Positions 1 through 15,194 are shown, numbered from the stretch's first letter. The stretch: 64,000 nucleotides of DNA from Macrostomum lignano (GCA_002269645.1 NIVC01002601.1:1-64000), one strand, 5' to 3'. Numbers and translations: made by a program. Notes: generated from the sequence alone by a model not told the origin.

Positions 1-180
1 TTTTAGCACCAGGGCTTTAGCACCAGGGGCTTAGCACCAGGGCTTAGCACCAGGGGCTTTAGCACCAGGGGCTTTAGAAACCATGGGCTTTACCCACCAG
101 GGCTTTACCACCAAGGGGCTTTACCACCAGGGCTTTACCACCAGGGGCTTTACCACCAGGGGCTCTAGCACAGGGGCTTT
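1..180. repeat. 14-16-bp tandem repeat (TTAGCACCAGGGGC / TTACCACCAGGGGC), truncated by window start
   Basis: Directly visible tandem units; the 83..265 ORF is a translation of this repeat. Confidence 0.9.
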
Positions 181-341
181 AGAAACAGGCGCACCAGCAT
201 CAGAGCAAAGGCGCCAGCAAAAAGCCTGCCAATTTTTTAATTCAAAAATCTGCTTCAAAGTTTGACTACTTATTAGGCTTCATAATAAATTCCAAAAAAC
301 TAATTAGCAAAGGAAATCACAAAAATTCTGCTAAAAATCAC

Positions 342-524
342 CTGAAGTTTTCTCTTCTTTCCCTCTAATTCGATAGTTTTTATCTTGAAATCAATTCCAA
401 TTGTTGAAATGAACGACGTCTGAAAAGTGTTCTCAACATAGCTGAATAGAATGCAGGTCTTGCCCACACCAGAGTCTCCAATCAGAAGTAGTTTGAACAG
501 CAGGTCGTATGACTTCTTTGCCAT
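342..524 (-). CDS. RAB10: Rab10-like (Rab8/10/13 family) small GTPase, first coding exon; the rest of the gene lies left of the window
   Basis: [24 protein letters not shown]...[22 protein letters not shown] matches the Rab10 N-terminus (P-loop GDSGVGKT, effector TIGIDF); phase-0 GT donor at 341-340 right after KLQ; AG acceptor 7 nt upstream of the ATG (533-532). Confidence 0.85.
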
Positions 525-2518
525 TTAAATGCTGCAAGTGCATAATAATTAACATTTTTGCATAATAATGCTAATTAATTAAATTCAGAATTGTGCATAA
601 ATTAGTTTTAATCCTCAAATTATACTTTAATAAATTAAACAATTTTTTCATTTAACTTGTAGTAGCTAGCAAGCAAGGACTCACTGCATTTATCCATTGT
701 ATTAAAAATTGCAAATAAGATTAGCAATCAGAATTAAAAATGCTATAATTTTATTGGAATGAGCCTGCAAACTACAATTGATTAAAATGCACATTTTAGA
801 ATTAGGTTTGCCTATAGCCTACTCCATACTTCTTTGAAAGATAATCCAAATTTTTCACTCTTACTGCTAGTGAAAAAAGACTAAACAACAATGATTTTAG
901 AAGAAGCATTTGCATAGTTAACCCCTTACATTTGCTATAGCAAATTTATTATATTATTTTCCTTCTCTTCTCTACTTTGATCTAATTTTGAAGCTCATCA
1001 TTTAAGATAGTCGTGCAATGCAATGCAAGGAAAAAACATTATATTGGAGAAAATAAAAATTAATAAAATGCGAAACCGTTTGGTTCCGAAACCAGTTAAC
1101 TAATACTAATTGCGTTTATATCAGATAGTCAAGGTGCATTTGAATTAAAAAAGAATGGATTGGGAGAAATCGAAATAGGCATCCAATGTAGCAAATTTCC
1201 AAAGCTTTTCAGAGCTTGAGGTTATTGATCTTTCAAAATAATAATTAAAAACAATGCATTCCCTTCTGCTTATAATCGGCTTTGTTATAAAACTTTGAAA
1301 CTAAAATTAATGGTTGTTATAGTAGGTTATGTTCGTGTTTATCTAACAGTATTGTACGAGTTTATCAACCTAGTTTTTTAATAAATAGTAAGTTGTAATA
1401 AAAAGTTCATAGAATAGACATAGAATGCGTTAAGTTTATTTCATCAAAAATACCAAACACAAGATGACTAATGTACTATATTATTTTTGTTGTGTTATGT
1501 GGAACAGTGGGAATGCAAATTAAACAGAACGACCCATTAGAGTTCTATGGCCACCAAGCGTTTGAATTAACTCGAGATGGCAATTAGCCACAGAAAATTC
1601 GATTTGTCGTGCTATATGGAAGGAATGATGAGCCAGAATAGAAGAAAAACGGTGTGAGTTTTTGACAGAGACAACAAGACGCTTTCATTTTCTATCGGTT
1701 AATCGAGTTAAGCTATATAATATTATAATATTAAAAATAAAAGAATATTACAAATTTCTGAACGCGATCGACAGCTTATGGTCACCGCCTTGTAATGTGG
1801 ACTCTCGATGAAGGGTGTCAGTGTTGTTAAGAGTTTCCAATTCTTCTACATGTATGAATATTTACCGCATTCGGTCAACATTCAAACAATCCGGCATGTT
1901 TTTAAGTCAAGTATAGCGTACGGCAATCCGAGAGAACCATCGGAACAGAATTTCAACACAAATCCTGAGGGATTGACGTACACTTAAGCAGTCATGTTAC
2001 TCGAGCGAGAGGCGCCTGAAGCCGTTGGCCAAGCAATGATTGCTGATAAGTGCGCTGACTGGGAGCTGCGCTGCATGCAACAGATTTTTTGAACTGCATG
2101 TACGTGTCGGCAGCGAAATCTGTTTTAACAGTTGACCTTTTGTAAACTTTGATGCTTTTGATTTGTGACCTAAAATTTACTTTATTGATGACTGTTTTTA
2201 TTCTTTCTGCAAATAAAACTCAAATCGCGTTGCTTCTATTTTGGCTCATAGTTTCCAGCATGACCAATTGAGTTTTTATGGCTTGCTTTCTTAAGTTAAT
2301 TCAAACGTTTCGCCATATACGAGTAGAATTCGATAGGCCATTCCGTTTTGCATGCTCGCTTTTTCACATAGCACGACAAAAGCAAAATATATTACTTACA
2401 AATGCCATTTAAAACACGTACATGTACGCAATTAAGTACCTGTATTGATTATTGAATACATATGGTTGCATTCAAGTGAATTTGAATGTAGAAGCATGGA
2501 CATGTACACGAGTACGAG

Positions 2519-2670
2519 AAGTGGCACAGCCAGGAATTTTTTCGGTGGGGGGGGGCTATTCAGCACCCAGAGGAGGGGTGTAGGGGGATTTATCTCCGGA
2601 ATTTCGGAGGGAGGGGTAATTTCGGTGGGAGGGCCAGGCCCCCTCACGGACCCCCCTGGCTACGCCACTG
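2519..2670. mobile_element. 152-bp hAT-like MITE
   Basis: Imperfect TIRs AAGTGGCACAGCCAGG ... CCTGGCTACGCCACTG; flanking 8-bp near-duplication AGTACGAG (2511-2518) / CGTACGAG (2671-2678); 8-bp TSDs are typical of hAT. Confidence 0.65.
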
Positions 2671-3155
2671 CGTACGAGTGCATATGAGTATACTCAACAT
2701 TAAATTCAATACTTTTAAGCTAGTACAAAGTATTAAAAGAAAGTCTAAAAGAAACACACTTTTAAATTAAAATTGTTTCTCGTAATAATAGAGACAATTT
2801 GATCATCATCTTTCCAAATGTTTTGTGCTAAAGAATACAGGTACAGTTGCTACTGTGAAAGTAAATGCAGGTACTCAATCGTATTTCAAAGTACATGCAC
2901 ACATGGACACAGAAAATCTGAAACTCCAGAATCTTAAGAAGAGAAGTGACAGGGAGATCGCAAATCCACCGCCTGATTTGTCAAGCAAAACTGAAGCCCG
3001 AGTCCATTCGACCCGACCAATCCGCTAGCTGCAGCGTTGCTATGCTCCAATCGCTCATCCCTCATCACATGCATATAGAGCCTCTGATAGTAAAACAATA
3101 TCCAAACAAATCCAGCACGAACCTTCTTTAGTGCCTGATAATAACCTGACCCAAG

Positions 3156-4689
3156 ATGCAGAGCTACTCGGAAAACTCATCCTCAAACAGCGGCAGTATG
3201 TCTGCGGCAGCCGGCCAGCTTGATTGGCTTCTGCTCACGCCCCAGCTGCTCTGCCACTTCAACTCTGCCGCACTGGAGTGGGTGCAGCCGGCCTTGCTCA
3301 CCTCATCCGAGCAGCAGCGGGAGCCGCTGTGCCGCGGTTTCCCCCGCCCAGACCACTGGCTGGACACCCCCGCCGCTCTGGTCTCCACGCTCCTCCACCT
3401 GACGGCCCTGCTGGCCGGCCTGGCTCTGAACGGCCACCTGCTCCGGCTGGTGCACGCCGGACAGGCCCGCCTATCCGACATCGGCGTCATCACCGCCTGC
3501 TTGAACGCCGCCTCCGACTTTGTGCTTCTGCTCTGCCTGCTCGGCTCAGATTTTATCGCCCCATTGGTTGCGCCGGGGCCGCTGCGACTGGCCAACCCGA
3601 CTCGCCTGCTGGAGTCGCTCAGCCGAGCCCTGCTCTGCCGCTTCGCGAATACGTGCTGCAGTCCTGCCTCACCATGGACCTGCTGCTCATAGCCAGCCTG
3701 GCCTGGTTCTCCAAGCCCCGGCACTACGACAGAATTCTGGGCACCGGGCCCTGCGGAGTCTTCATCTATCCCAGCTTTGTTGCTCTGCTCAGCCTCGGGC
3801 CAACGTCTGGTACCTGGTGCTGTTCGAATGCCGCCTCATGGCCTTCGGCGCGACCGGCTGGCTGCCCGCAGTCCAGCTGCCAGTGATGCTCACCGAGGAG
3901 CCCGGCATCGCCCGAGCCCTGTTCGGCCTGTCCGCACTCACCGGCCTGCTGCCGCTCGTCTGCGTGGTCCGCAGCCTGCGCTGCTGCCGCCGCCTCTGCC
4001 GACGCGGCGCCAACACCGATGAGGCCTTCCTGCCGGCCTCGGCCTCGGCCGCTGTCGCTTCTACCAGAGCCGGACAGCGGCTCCGTCTGGCCGCCCGGCT
4101 GGCCGCGGCGCACTGCCTCGCTCTGCCGAGCTGCCTGGGCGGACCCGGCCGCCTCCTGGCCCGCCGATGGCTGCCCGGCGACGGCGGCCCGGGCCGTGCC
4201 GACCTGACCGCCTTTTGGCTGGCCGAGTCGCTCTGTCTGGTGCTGGCGCTGGCGCTGAAGCCGGCCATCTGCCTGCGCCTGCTGCCCGACCTGCGCCGGC
4301 CGGACTCCGGCGGCAACCTGGGCAGCGTTAGGCCCCGAGGTGCCGCCGCCGCCGCCGCCGCCGCCGCCGTTGCTGCATCGGCCGCCTCAGCTTCCGTCAA
4401 GTCGCGAGCCTGCGGCGCCTCCTCCAAAGATTCCGATGCTGCCAACGCAGTCATTGTTGTCGTTCACAGAGACTCTGTCGGCGCTGGCGGCGGCGGCGAA
4501 GGCGAAGGCAGCGAAGGTGGCGCCGTCGGCAGTCGTGAGTTGAACTGCAGCGGCAGCCGGCTGGCCTTCCCGTCGGCCGAACAGTCGGAGACGAGCAGCT
4601 TTGCCGAGCTGGAACTGCAGCTGGACAGGGTCGGCTCCCTGCCGGACAGTCTGGCCGGGCCGGCCGAGGCCGCGCAAAGCGAATTTTGA
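3156..4689 (+). CDS. Intronless divergent class-A-like 7TM receptor (GPCR) with two -1 frameshifts (~3646, ~3800)
   Basis: Joining frames 3156, 3224 and 3520 gives consecutive hydrophobic helices: TM3-like CRF(A)EYVLQSCLTMDLLLIASLA, ICL2-like KPRHYDRILG, TM7-like LALALKPAICL; poly-Ala (GCC)n near 4342-4370; Ser/Gly-rich tail. Confidence 0.65.
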
Positions 4690-4699
4690 TGACTTTCAG

Positions 4700-5010
4700 T
4701 CGGCCGAAGTGTCCCAGACAGTGAAAGTCTCGTTAAATCCGGACAGTGTCCGAAATTTCTCTGATAGTGACCGTTTATAGTTTCAGAAAATGTCCGAAAT
4801 TTCTTGGATAGCTCTATCGTGTTTTAGTTCCTGACATTGTGTGGGGAACTTCTCGGACAGTGACAGATATTTGGTTCCGGACATTGTTCTCGGAAATTCT
4901 CGGACAGTGAAAGTTTTTTGGTTCCGGACACTGCCCGGAATGTCTCGGACAGTGACAGTTCTTTGGTTTTGGACACTGTGTCCGGAATTTATTATTTCTC
5001 GGACGGTGAC
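4700..5010. repeat. Degenerate cluster of GGACAGTG / GTCCGAAATTTC motifs in both orientations (possible DNA-transposon subterminal repeats)
   Basis: Motif recurs several times within about 300 bp just after the GPCR stop codon. Confidence 0.35.
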
Positions 5011-5370
5011 AGCCTTGGAACCAACCCCTTAAGTGTACGCCGCCCAAAACTCGTACATCGAGCTATATAAGAACAAACAAAAAGTAAAAAATTCTGTGGT
5101 GAAAGTACATTGAAGTGAATTGAGTTAAGTACGGTCAACTTTGCTACCGTTTTGCAGTACAACATTTATGGATTCAACTTGGCTGGTCACGGATGCAGAA
5201 TGGGACAAAATTATGCGAGAATGAGGACAATTCGACTGGAAGAAAATTTGGGGTCAAATCGAGTCCAGCTAATTTGCGTGTAGCAGCAAAACAATTAGAA
5301 AAAAAATATTTCAGCTCAAAAGAAACAGCATGCGAATGCAGGTAAGCAGTCAAGAAGAGAAGGGGGATAA

Positions 5371-6586
5371 AAAATCGAAGACATATTCCAGAGAAAACAG
5401 CTCAAGAGATGCCGCAGTAAGAAGAAATAATCAGAATCCCTGTTCATCCAGAGACACAGTGAATTGAGACTGAGAAACCCACAGACACAGTAGATGGGGG
5501 CGGAGATGAGATACCCACAGACACAGTAGATAGGGGGAGATGAGAAACCCACAGACACAGTAGATGAGGGGAGATGAGATACCCACAGACACAGTAGATG
5601 GGGCGAGATGAGATACCCACAGACACGGTAGATGGGGGGAGATGAGAAACCCACAGACACAGTAGATGGAGGGAGATGAGATACCCACAGACACAGTAGA
5701 TGGAGGGAGATGAGATACCCACAGACACAGTAGATGGGGGGAGATGAGATACTCACAGACACAATAGATGGGGGGAGATGAGATACTCACAGACACAATA
5801 GATGGGGGGAGATGAGATACCCACAGACACGGTAGATGGGGGGAGATGAGAAACCCACAGACACAGTAGATGGGGGGAGATGAGATACCCACAGACACAG
5901 TAGATAGGGGGAGATGAGAAACCCACAGACACAGTAGATGGGGCGAGATGAGATACCCACAGACACAGTAGATGGGTCTGTGGGTAAAATCGAAGACATA
6001 TTCCAGAGAAAACAGCTCAAGAGATGCCGCAGTAAGAAGAAATAATCAGAATCCCTGTTCATCCAGAGACACAGTGAATTGAGACTGAGAAACCCACAGA
6101 CACAGTAGATGGGGGGGGGAGATGAGATACCCACTGACACAATAGATGGGGGGAGATGAGATACCCACAGACACAGTAGATAGGGGGAGATGAGATACCC
6201 ACAGACACGGTAGATGGGGCGAGATGAGATACCCACAGACACAGTAGATAGGGGGAGATGAGATACCCACAGACACAATAGATGGGGGGAGATGAGATAC
6301 CCACAGACACAGTAGATAGGGGGAGATGAGATACCCACAGACACGGTAGATGGGGCGAGATGAGATACCCACAGACACAGTAGATGGGGGGAGATGAGAT
6401 ACCACAGACACAGTAGATGGGGGAGATGAGATACCCACAGACACAGTAGATGGAGGGAGATGAGATACCCACAGACACAGTAGATGGGGGGAGATGAGAT
6501 ACTCACAGACACAATAGATGGGGGAGATGAGATACCCACAGACACAGTAGATGGGGGGAGATGAGATACCCACAGACACAGTAGAT
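5371..6586. repeat. 34-bp minisatellite (AGATGAGATACCCACAGACACAGTAGATGGGGGG) with a ~120-bp unique segment duplicated at ~5371 and ~5987
   Basis: Directly visible; it produces the periodic minus-strand ORFs 5316-6618. Confidence 0.95.
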
Positions 6587-6865
6587 TGATCGAGATAAGA
6601 TGAGTCAACGCAGGTCATTCAGGCAGATGGAGAATTCAGCTCGCAATCAGATAAAGATAAGCACACATTCTAAAATTGAGAAAAATATCCCAAAATTCTC
6701 AGTTCGAGAGGAAGCAAACAAAATCAAGTTGGGGTTCTGAAGGGTTGACCATCTGGTTTGATAATTTGTTTGACGATAATATTGATTTATATGAGAGGAC
6801 TTTTAGTTGCGCATGCAATATGCATAACTACTGGTGTGGGTTCCAGGGCGTCTGGCATATGGAGC

Positions 6866-7395
6866 GTCTGGGGTATCTGGGGTATCTGGGGTATCTGGAG
6901 TTTCTGGGTATCTGGGGTATCTGGGTATCTGGGGTATCTGGGGTATCTGGGGTATCTGGGGCATCTGGGGTATCTGGAGTATCTGGGTATCTGGGGTATC
7001 TGGGGTATCTGGGTATCTGGGTATCTGGGGTATCTGGGGTATCTGGGGTATCTGGGGTATCTGGGTATCTGGTGTATCTGGGGTATCTGGGGTATCTGGG
7101 GTATCTGGTGTATCTGGGTATCTGGGGTATCTGGTGTATCTGGGGTATCTGGAGTATCTGGGGTATCTGGAGTATCTGGGGTATCTGGGGTATCTGGGTA
7201 TCTGGAGTATCTGGGTATCTGGGTATCTAGAGTATCTGGGTATCAGGGTATCTGGGGTATCTGGAGTTTCTGGGTATATAGGGTATCTGGGTATCTGGGA
7301 TATCCGGGCTATCTGGGGTATCTGGGTATCTGGGTATCTGGGATATCCGGGCTATCTGGGGTATCTGGGTATCTGGGTATTTGGAGGTATCTGGA
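6866..7395. repeat. 8/9-bp minisatellite (GGGGTATCT)n
   Basis: Directly visible. Confidence 0.95.
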
Positions 7396-7586
7396 ATCCG
7401 GGCGTACAGGTATCCAGCTAGTATTGAATGTAGCCCCTATCATGGCCTCACTATCTGCCTCAGTTCAGCCAGCAATGGGGTCTGTCATATCCCGCTCGGC
7501 TCGAGAAGCACGAGTCACAGGTTACTGCCTTGGCTCAGTGAGGCAGGAGTCGGGAGTAAGGCAGAGCCGCATTGCCGGAATGCAAT

Positions 7587-7589
<3 letters not shown>

Positions 7590-7633
<44 letters not shown>
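7590..7633. repeat. (GA)n microsatellite
   Basis: Directly visible. Confidence 0.95.
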
Positions 7634-7638
<5 letters not shown>

Positions 7639-7949
7639 GAGCGAGCAGGTGAGCGGCTTATTTTCGAGTAGCAAAACTCATCATAATCACAGTCTCTGTG
7701 GGGCTTGAAAATTCTGGCGTAGTAATGGAAAATACGAGATGAGCGAGCGGAGAAAGAGAGGGAGAGCAGTGCGGGGTGCAGATGTCATCATTTTTACCTG
7801 GGAGACAGCAAAGGTGCAGCCGCATACGTATGCTGGATCATAACTGAATCGGGGAGGGGTCTCCGGGCGGCTGCGGATTATTTGGGATTAAATTTTCCGA
7901 GACAGATGACAACAGTTGGGAGAAAAGGTAATTACAGCTGCCTACGCAT

Positions 7950-9407
<1,458 letters not shown>

Positions 9408-9924
9408 GTGAGACAGATAACAAGGCAGGCAGGCAGCTAGCTGGAGGCATCGCCAGTCCCTCCCAGCTCAAGCGAGCTCAGACACGCTTTCCAATTACCA
9501 AAAACGGATAGGGCCGCAGGGCAGGCGGAGAGGAAGGCGCACAGAGCCCAGCCCAGATGCTGCTAGGTAATAAAGGCAGACACTACAAAGGCAGAGATTA
9601 GGGCAGTCTGTACAAGGGGAAATTAGAAAATGTTTAGCCTTACGCTCGTAAAAATAAAGTCTCAATGCAACAAGCTTCGCCTCAGGTAAATTCAATTCCT
9701 TTACCTTTCCATTGAGCTGCGCTGTCTTATCAGCAAATTAAATTGAATGAGTGGAAAATCATTTACTTAATCAGAGCAAACTACTGCGTAAGGAAATTTC
9801 AAGGTATGCCGAGTCAGGATAGGAGAATAGATAGAGGAGGTGTAAAAAAGCTATCCTGAGACAATACGCGCGTAGAGCAGACACCACGAGATGTAATGTG
9901 CGTAGATATATAAATGCGCAGAAG

Positions 9925-10140
9925 GGGTACCTAGAGACATTATGGGCGTAGAAAAAAAACACCTAGAGACAGAAGAGGTACCTAGAGACATTATGGGCGT
10001 AGAAGAGGTACCCAGAGACATTATGGGCGTAGAAGAGGTACCCAGAGACATTATGGGCGTAGAAGAGGTACCCAGAGACATTATGGGCGTAGAAGAGGTA
10101 CCCAGAGACATTATGGGCGTAGAAGAGGTACCCAAGAGAC
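9925..10140. repeat. 30-bp tandem repeat (CCCAGAGACATTATGGGCGTAGAAGAGGTA), about 6 copies
   Basis: Directly visible; 10-aa periodicity in overlapping ORFs. Confidence 0.9.
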
Positions 10141-10653
10141 ACAGAATGGGACAGCGCTTCAGTGAGAGTAGGTAATCCAAAATCACTAACGAAAATATGA
10201 TAAGATTCGAGCTAAAAAGACAAAGATGTAGCAAAAGTTGCAATTTCGACTAATGCATCCGGTATAGCAGTATCTATTGATGTTCATACGATTCCAGTTC
10301 ATTCCAGTTTTTCCCATTTGCGCATAGAAAATCACGTTAGAAAACATGCGTATGGCGAAGAGGAGCAAAGCAAAAGGAATGGCTAATCCCGGTTGTCTTA
10401 GGCAGTCCCATAGGATAATCGTCATAAATCATGCAGTCTGAGACAGATGCCGATCGGAATGAAGCCTTCAATCATTTTAGGTTACGAAGGAATTGACATC
10501 GCTAAAATTATTATTACATTTACCTCGTACCGGATGGGGCTTGATAATTGGAGAATTAAAAGTAAAACTGAATGACCGTCTGACCAGGTTGTCAATTGAA
10601 AAACAAGCTCAGCAGATTCTCTGTTGCATCAGGACTGCTAACCTGATCTGGCC

Positions 10654-10938
10654 GTCAGATAGCAGTCTGACTACAGACTGTCAGATGGACAACTGTCAGT
10701 TAGATATTAGTCTGACTACAGACTGTCAGATGGACAACTGTCAGTTAGATATCAGTCTGACTACAGACTCAGATGGACAACTGTCAGTGAGATAGCAGTC
10801 TGACTACAGACTGTCAGATGGACAACTGTCAGTTAGATATCAGTCTGACTACAGACTGTCAGATGTACAACTGTCAGTGAGATAGCAGTCTGACTACAGA
10901 CTGTCAGATGGACAACTGTCAGTTAGATATCAGTCTGA
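10654..10938. repeat. 45-bp tandem repeat with an internal hairpin (CAGTCTG-ACTA-CAGACTG), about 6 copies
   Basis: Directly visible; period of 45 measured between 10666 and 10711. Confidence 0.9.
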
Positions 10939-10959
10939 CCAGACAGTCAGACACACACC

Positions 10960-11645
10960 TGTCAGCAGTCAGCCCAAAGGTCAGCTCAAGACGCCGTCTC
11001 CACTCTGAGCCGCAGTGCCAAACAGCAGACGCTGAGCGCCGCGGCAATCCGCCGTTGCAGCGACTCCGGCGTCGGAGGCAAACTGACAATATCGTCTGCT
11101 TCGCGCGGCGTTCCATCAGCCAGTCGTCGAGAAGTCGCCGGGCCTGCACGCCCGGCCAGTCGCAGCGAAGCCTCCAGCTGTCGTCGGACTCGGCCGCCTC
11201 GTCGAACAGCCGGGCGAGAGGGCGCGCCAGACCCGCCTCGAGTTGTTCGCCGACTTCGTCAAATTCGTCCCAGCGGCCAAGAAACGCCTGCGCAGTTCGA
11301 CGATCCGACTCTGACAGGCCGTTGATTTCGACCAGACGGCGGAGCTCCGCCATGCTGCCCAAAGTCAGAGACGCCGACTGGCAGGTGACGGCGCACTGCA
11401 GGCGGCCTAGCGCGCGATCAAGCGCTATCGGACCACCGCCGGCGCGCCAGTCGCGCTCGCCAGCTGGTGAGCTACAAGGCGGCGCCGAATGCGCCGCGCT
11501 GTGGTTTGCGCGGCAGTGAGGCGCTGGCGAGGCGACAAAGACGTAGGAGTCGGTGACAGCGGCAGAACCACCGGCGTGGCTGGGGCATCCCAGGCGATCG
11601 GACTGCTGAGGGCGAGGCTCATCTGGCTGCCGCTCATGACTTTGT
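10960..11645 (-). CDS. Probable exon of an unidentified helical protein (weak resemblance to a RhoGEF DH domain)
   Basis: GC-rich open frame within ORF 10919..11845 with non-repetitive protein-like composition (AELRRLVEINGLSESDRR...CDWPGVQARRLL...CNGGLP); candidate donor CAG|GTGTGT near 10960. Confidence 0.4.
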
Positions 11646-11648
11646 AGA

Positions 11649-11788
11649 CTGGAGCCGACTTCCGCTTGATGATTTCGGAAACTGGAGCCGACTTCCGCTT
11701 GATGATTTCGGAAACTGCAGCCGACTTCCGCTTGATGATTTCGGAAACTGCAGCCGACTTCCGCTTGATGATTTCGGAAACTGGAGCT
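11649..11788. repeat. 33-bp tandem repeat x4 (GAGCCGACTTCCGCTTGATGATTTCGGAAACTG)
   Basis: Directly visible. Confidence 0.9.
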
Positions 11789-12196
11789 CGTTTCTTTTAT
11801 ATTGCACAGCAATTTAATTGAATGGCCATATATTATTATATACACTTTGGATTCTACAAGTCGATAATCTAAGCTGAGCGCTCATTTTATGCCACATAAA
11901 TAAGCACGGCAAGCAACCCCGTTGCCCCTAGCAACAATGATCTGTAGCTGCAGACACCGCATGAAGTTGGCGACACCGCTGGACCCCCACTAGCAGGAAG
12001 TTGGCGAGGCCTCATCCTTAGGAATTTTTTATTTAATACCGTATAAAACCAGTATTGTTGGCGGCAGATGAAGAGCAGACCCAGCTAGCATAACAACAAG
12101 AGAACGGCCGGACCCCGGAGTTCCGATGCGCACCAACAATGGGGACCATGGGGGCGGATTGAATGCACCATAACAATGGCTGCGCTGCATTGCTTG

Positions 12197-12563
12197 CTGA
12201 CTGACTGACTGACTGACTAACTAACTAACTAACTAACTAACTGACTAACTAACTAACTAACTAACTAACTGACTGACTAACTAACTCACTCACTAACTAA
12301 CTGACTAACTAACTAACTCACTAACTAACTAGCTAACTAACGAAATAACAAACTGACTGACTAACTCACTAACTAACTAACTGACTGATTAACTCACTAA
12401 CTAACTGACTGACTGACTGACTAACTAACTCACTAACTAACTGACTAACTAACTGACTAACTAACTCACTAACTAACTGACTGACTGACTAACTCACTAA
12501 CTGACTGACTGACTAACTAACTAACTAACTGACTGACTGACTAACTCACTAACTGACTGACTG

Positions 12564-12598
<35 letters not shown>

Positions 12599-12679
12599 CA
12601 CTAACTGACTAACTCACTAACTGACTAACTCACTAACTAACTAACTAACTAACTGACTAACTGACTAACTAACTGACTG

Positions 12680-12718
<39 letters not shown>

Positions 12719-12759
12719 GACTAACTAACTAACTAACTAACTGACTAACTCACTAACTG

Positions 12760-12802
<43 letters not shown>

Positions 12803-12803
12803 G

Positions 12804-12842
<39 letters not shown>

Positions 12843-12967
12843 GACTAACTAACTAACTAACTGACTAACTCACTAACTAACTAACTAACTAACTAACTGA
12901 CTAACTAAGTAACTAACTGACTAACTACCTAACTAACTAACTAACTAACTGACTAACTAACTGACTG

Positions 12968-13010
<43 letters not shown>

Positions 13011-13091
13011 GACTGACTAACTAACTAACTAACTAACTGACTGACTAACTCACTAACTAACTAACTAACTAACTGACTAACTAACTGACTG

Positions 13092-13126
<35 letters not shown>

Positions 13127-13283
13127 GACTAACTAACTAACTCACTAACTAACTAACTAACTAATTAACTGACTAACTAACTGACTGACTAACTAACTCA
13201 CTAACTGACTAACTAACTGACTAACTAACTGACTAACTAACTAACTCACTAACTAACTAACTGACTGACTAACTCACTAACTG

Positions 13284-13322
<39 letters not shown>

Positions 13323-13519
13323 GACTGACTAACTAACTAAATAACTGACTAACTAACTCACTAACTAACTAACTGACTGACTGACTAACTGACTAACGAA
13401 CTAACTAACTAACTAACTAACTGACTGACTAACTAACTAACTAACTCACTAACTAACTAACGAAATAACTGACTGACTAACTAACTGACTAACTAACTAA
13501 CTCACTAACTAACTAACTG

Positions 13520-13554
<35 letters not shown>

Positions 13555-13607
13555 CACTAACTAACTAGCTAACTAACTAACTGACTAACTGACTAACGAA
13601 CTAACTG

Positions 13608-13638
<31 letters not shown>

Positions 13639-13751
13639 GACTGACTAACTAACTAACTAACTCACTAACTAACTAACTAACTGACTAACTAACTGACTAA
13701 CTAACTAACTCACTAACTAACTAACTGACTGACTAACTCACTAACTAACTG

Positions 13752-13782
<31 letters not shown>

Positions 13783-14261
13783 CACTCACTAACTAACTGA
13801 CTAACTAACTAACTGACTAACTAACTCACTAACTAACTAACTGACTGACCGACTAACTGACTAACGAACTAACTAACTAACTAACTGACTAACTAACTAA
13901 CTAACTGACTAACGAACTAATTAACTAACTAACTAACTGACTGACTAACTCACTAACTAACTAACTGACTGATTAACTCACTAACTAACTGACTGACTGA
14001 CTGACTAACTAACTCACTCACTAACTAACTGACTAACTAACTAACTCACTAACTAACTAGCTAACTAACGAAATAACAAACTGACTAACGAAATAACTAA
14101 CTGACTAACTAGCTGACTAACTAACTCACTAACTAACTGACTGACTGACTGACTAACTCACTAACTGACTGACTGACTAACTAACTAACTAACTAACTAA
14201 CGAAATAACTAACTGACTAACTAACTAACTAAATAACTAACGGACTGACTAACTCACTAAC
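12197..14261. repeat. ~2-kb compound tetranucleotide array (TAAC/TGAC/TCAC)n
   Basis: Directly visible. Confidence 0.98.
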
Positions 14262-15194
14262 CATTCTTTAGAACCAATGCGCCAAGTATTTGAAAAGTAA
14301 TAAATCTGGGAACACGGTGACGGATTATTGCTCATTTTAATTTATTATCAAGTGCAACAATAGTTTTGAAGCCCTGTCAGGAGTGGCCATATTAACTCAA
14401 CTGATTTATTAACTGCATAACGCTTGGAAAAATGTCTGTTTTTAAAAACAGTCAGGACACAGGTGACGCACAAAGCAACACAAGATCAAACAGACATGTA
14501 ATAAATTACTGAAAGCAAGCAGGGGTGTCCCACAGCTTATTATAAAAACTGGCTATTAGCTCTTAGCTTAGAAAAGCCACTGGGTATGTACACGCCGAGG
14601 AATAAATAAATTGACACACAACAAAAACATATCAAGGAGCCCTACTACTATAGTGTGAGTAGTAAAAAAAGTTTTATCGCGTTGAAAAGCTATACGCGCG
14701 GCTGAAAATAGCTTTTAGCACCATCGATGTAGGTTAAAATTGTTTTTAAAGAAAGAACAAATAAATTATTAAAGTATCGATGACTTAAAGTTGACTTAGC
14801 CAGTAAAATGCTTTAATACTACTAAGGACTTTTCATAGTAGTCAATAACTTAAATGCTAGTACTTTTTAATGCATTTGGGTCAGTGAAGCCAATTTGTAA
14901 CGAAATTTATTATACACCACCACTTTAAGTTTATAACTGCTAAAATTATTTAAATAAGCTTTGATATAACCGAACGAAAGACAATTAGAATAGGTAATAT
15001 AAACTAGTATATCAATTGAAACACCGCTTCCTGTTAAGTGGAACAAACACCGAGGATTTATAGATGTATATATAAAGTAATTCGTAGAGTGTCTATGTAC
15101 AATAATACAATATAGGACTTTCTGGTTGGATTTCATAATGAAGCTAACCTTTATAGTAAGAGAATCTTTTTATTTGATTTCGGATACTAACTCC

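Noticed and set aside
1780-2120. Moderately GC-rich stretch that looks coding
   Set aside because: All frames I read are interrupted by stops and no motif was recognised
3164-4677. Antisense and alternative-frame ORFs over the GPCR (and similarly over the Gypsy, PRR5 and LINE)
   Set aside because: These are shadow ORFs of GC-rich coding sequence
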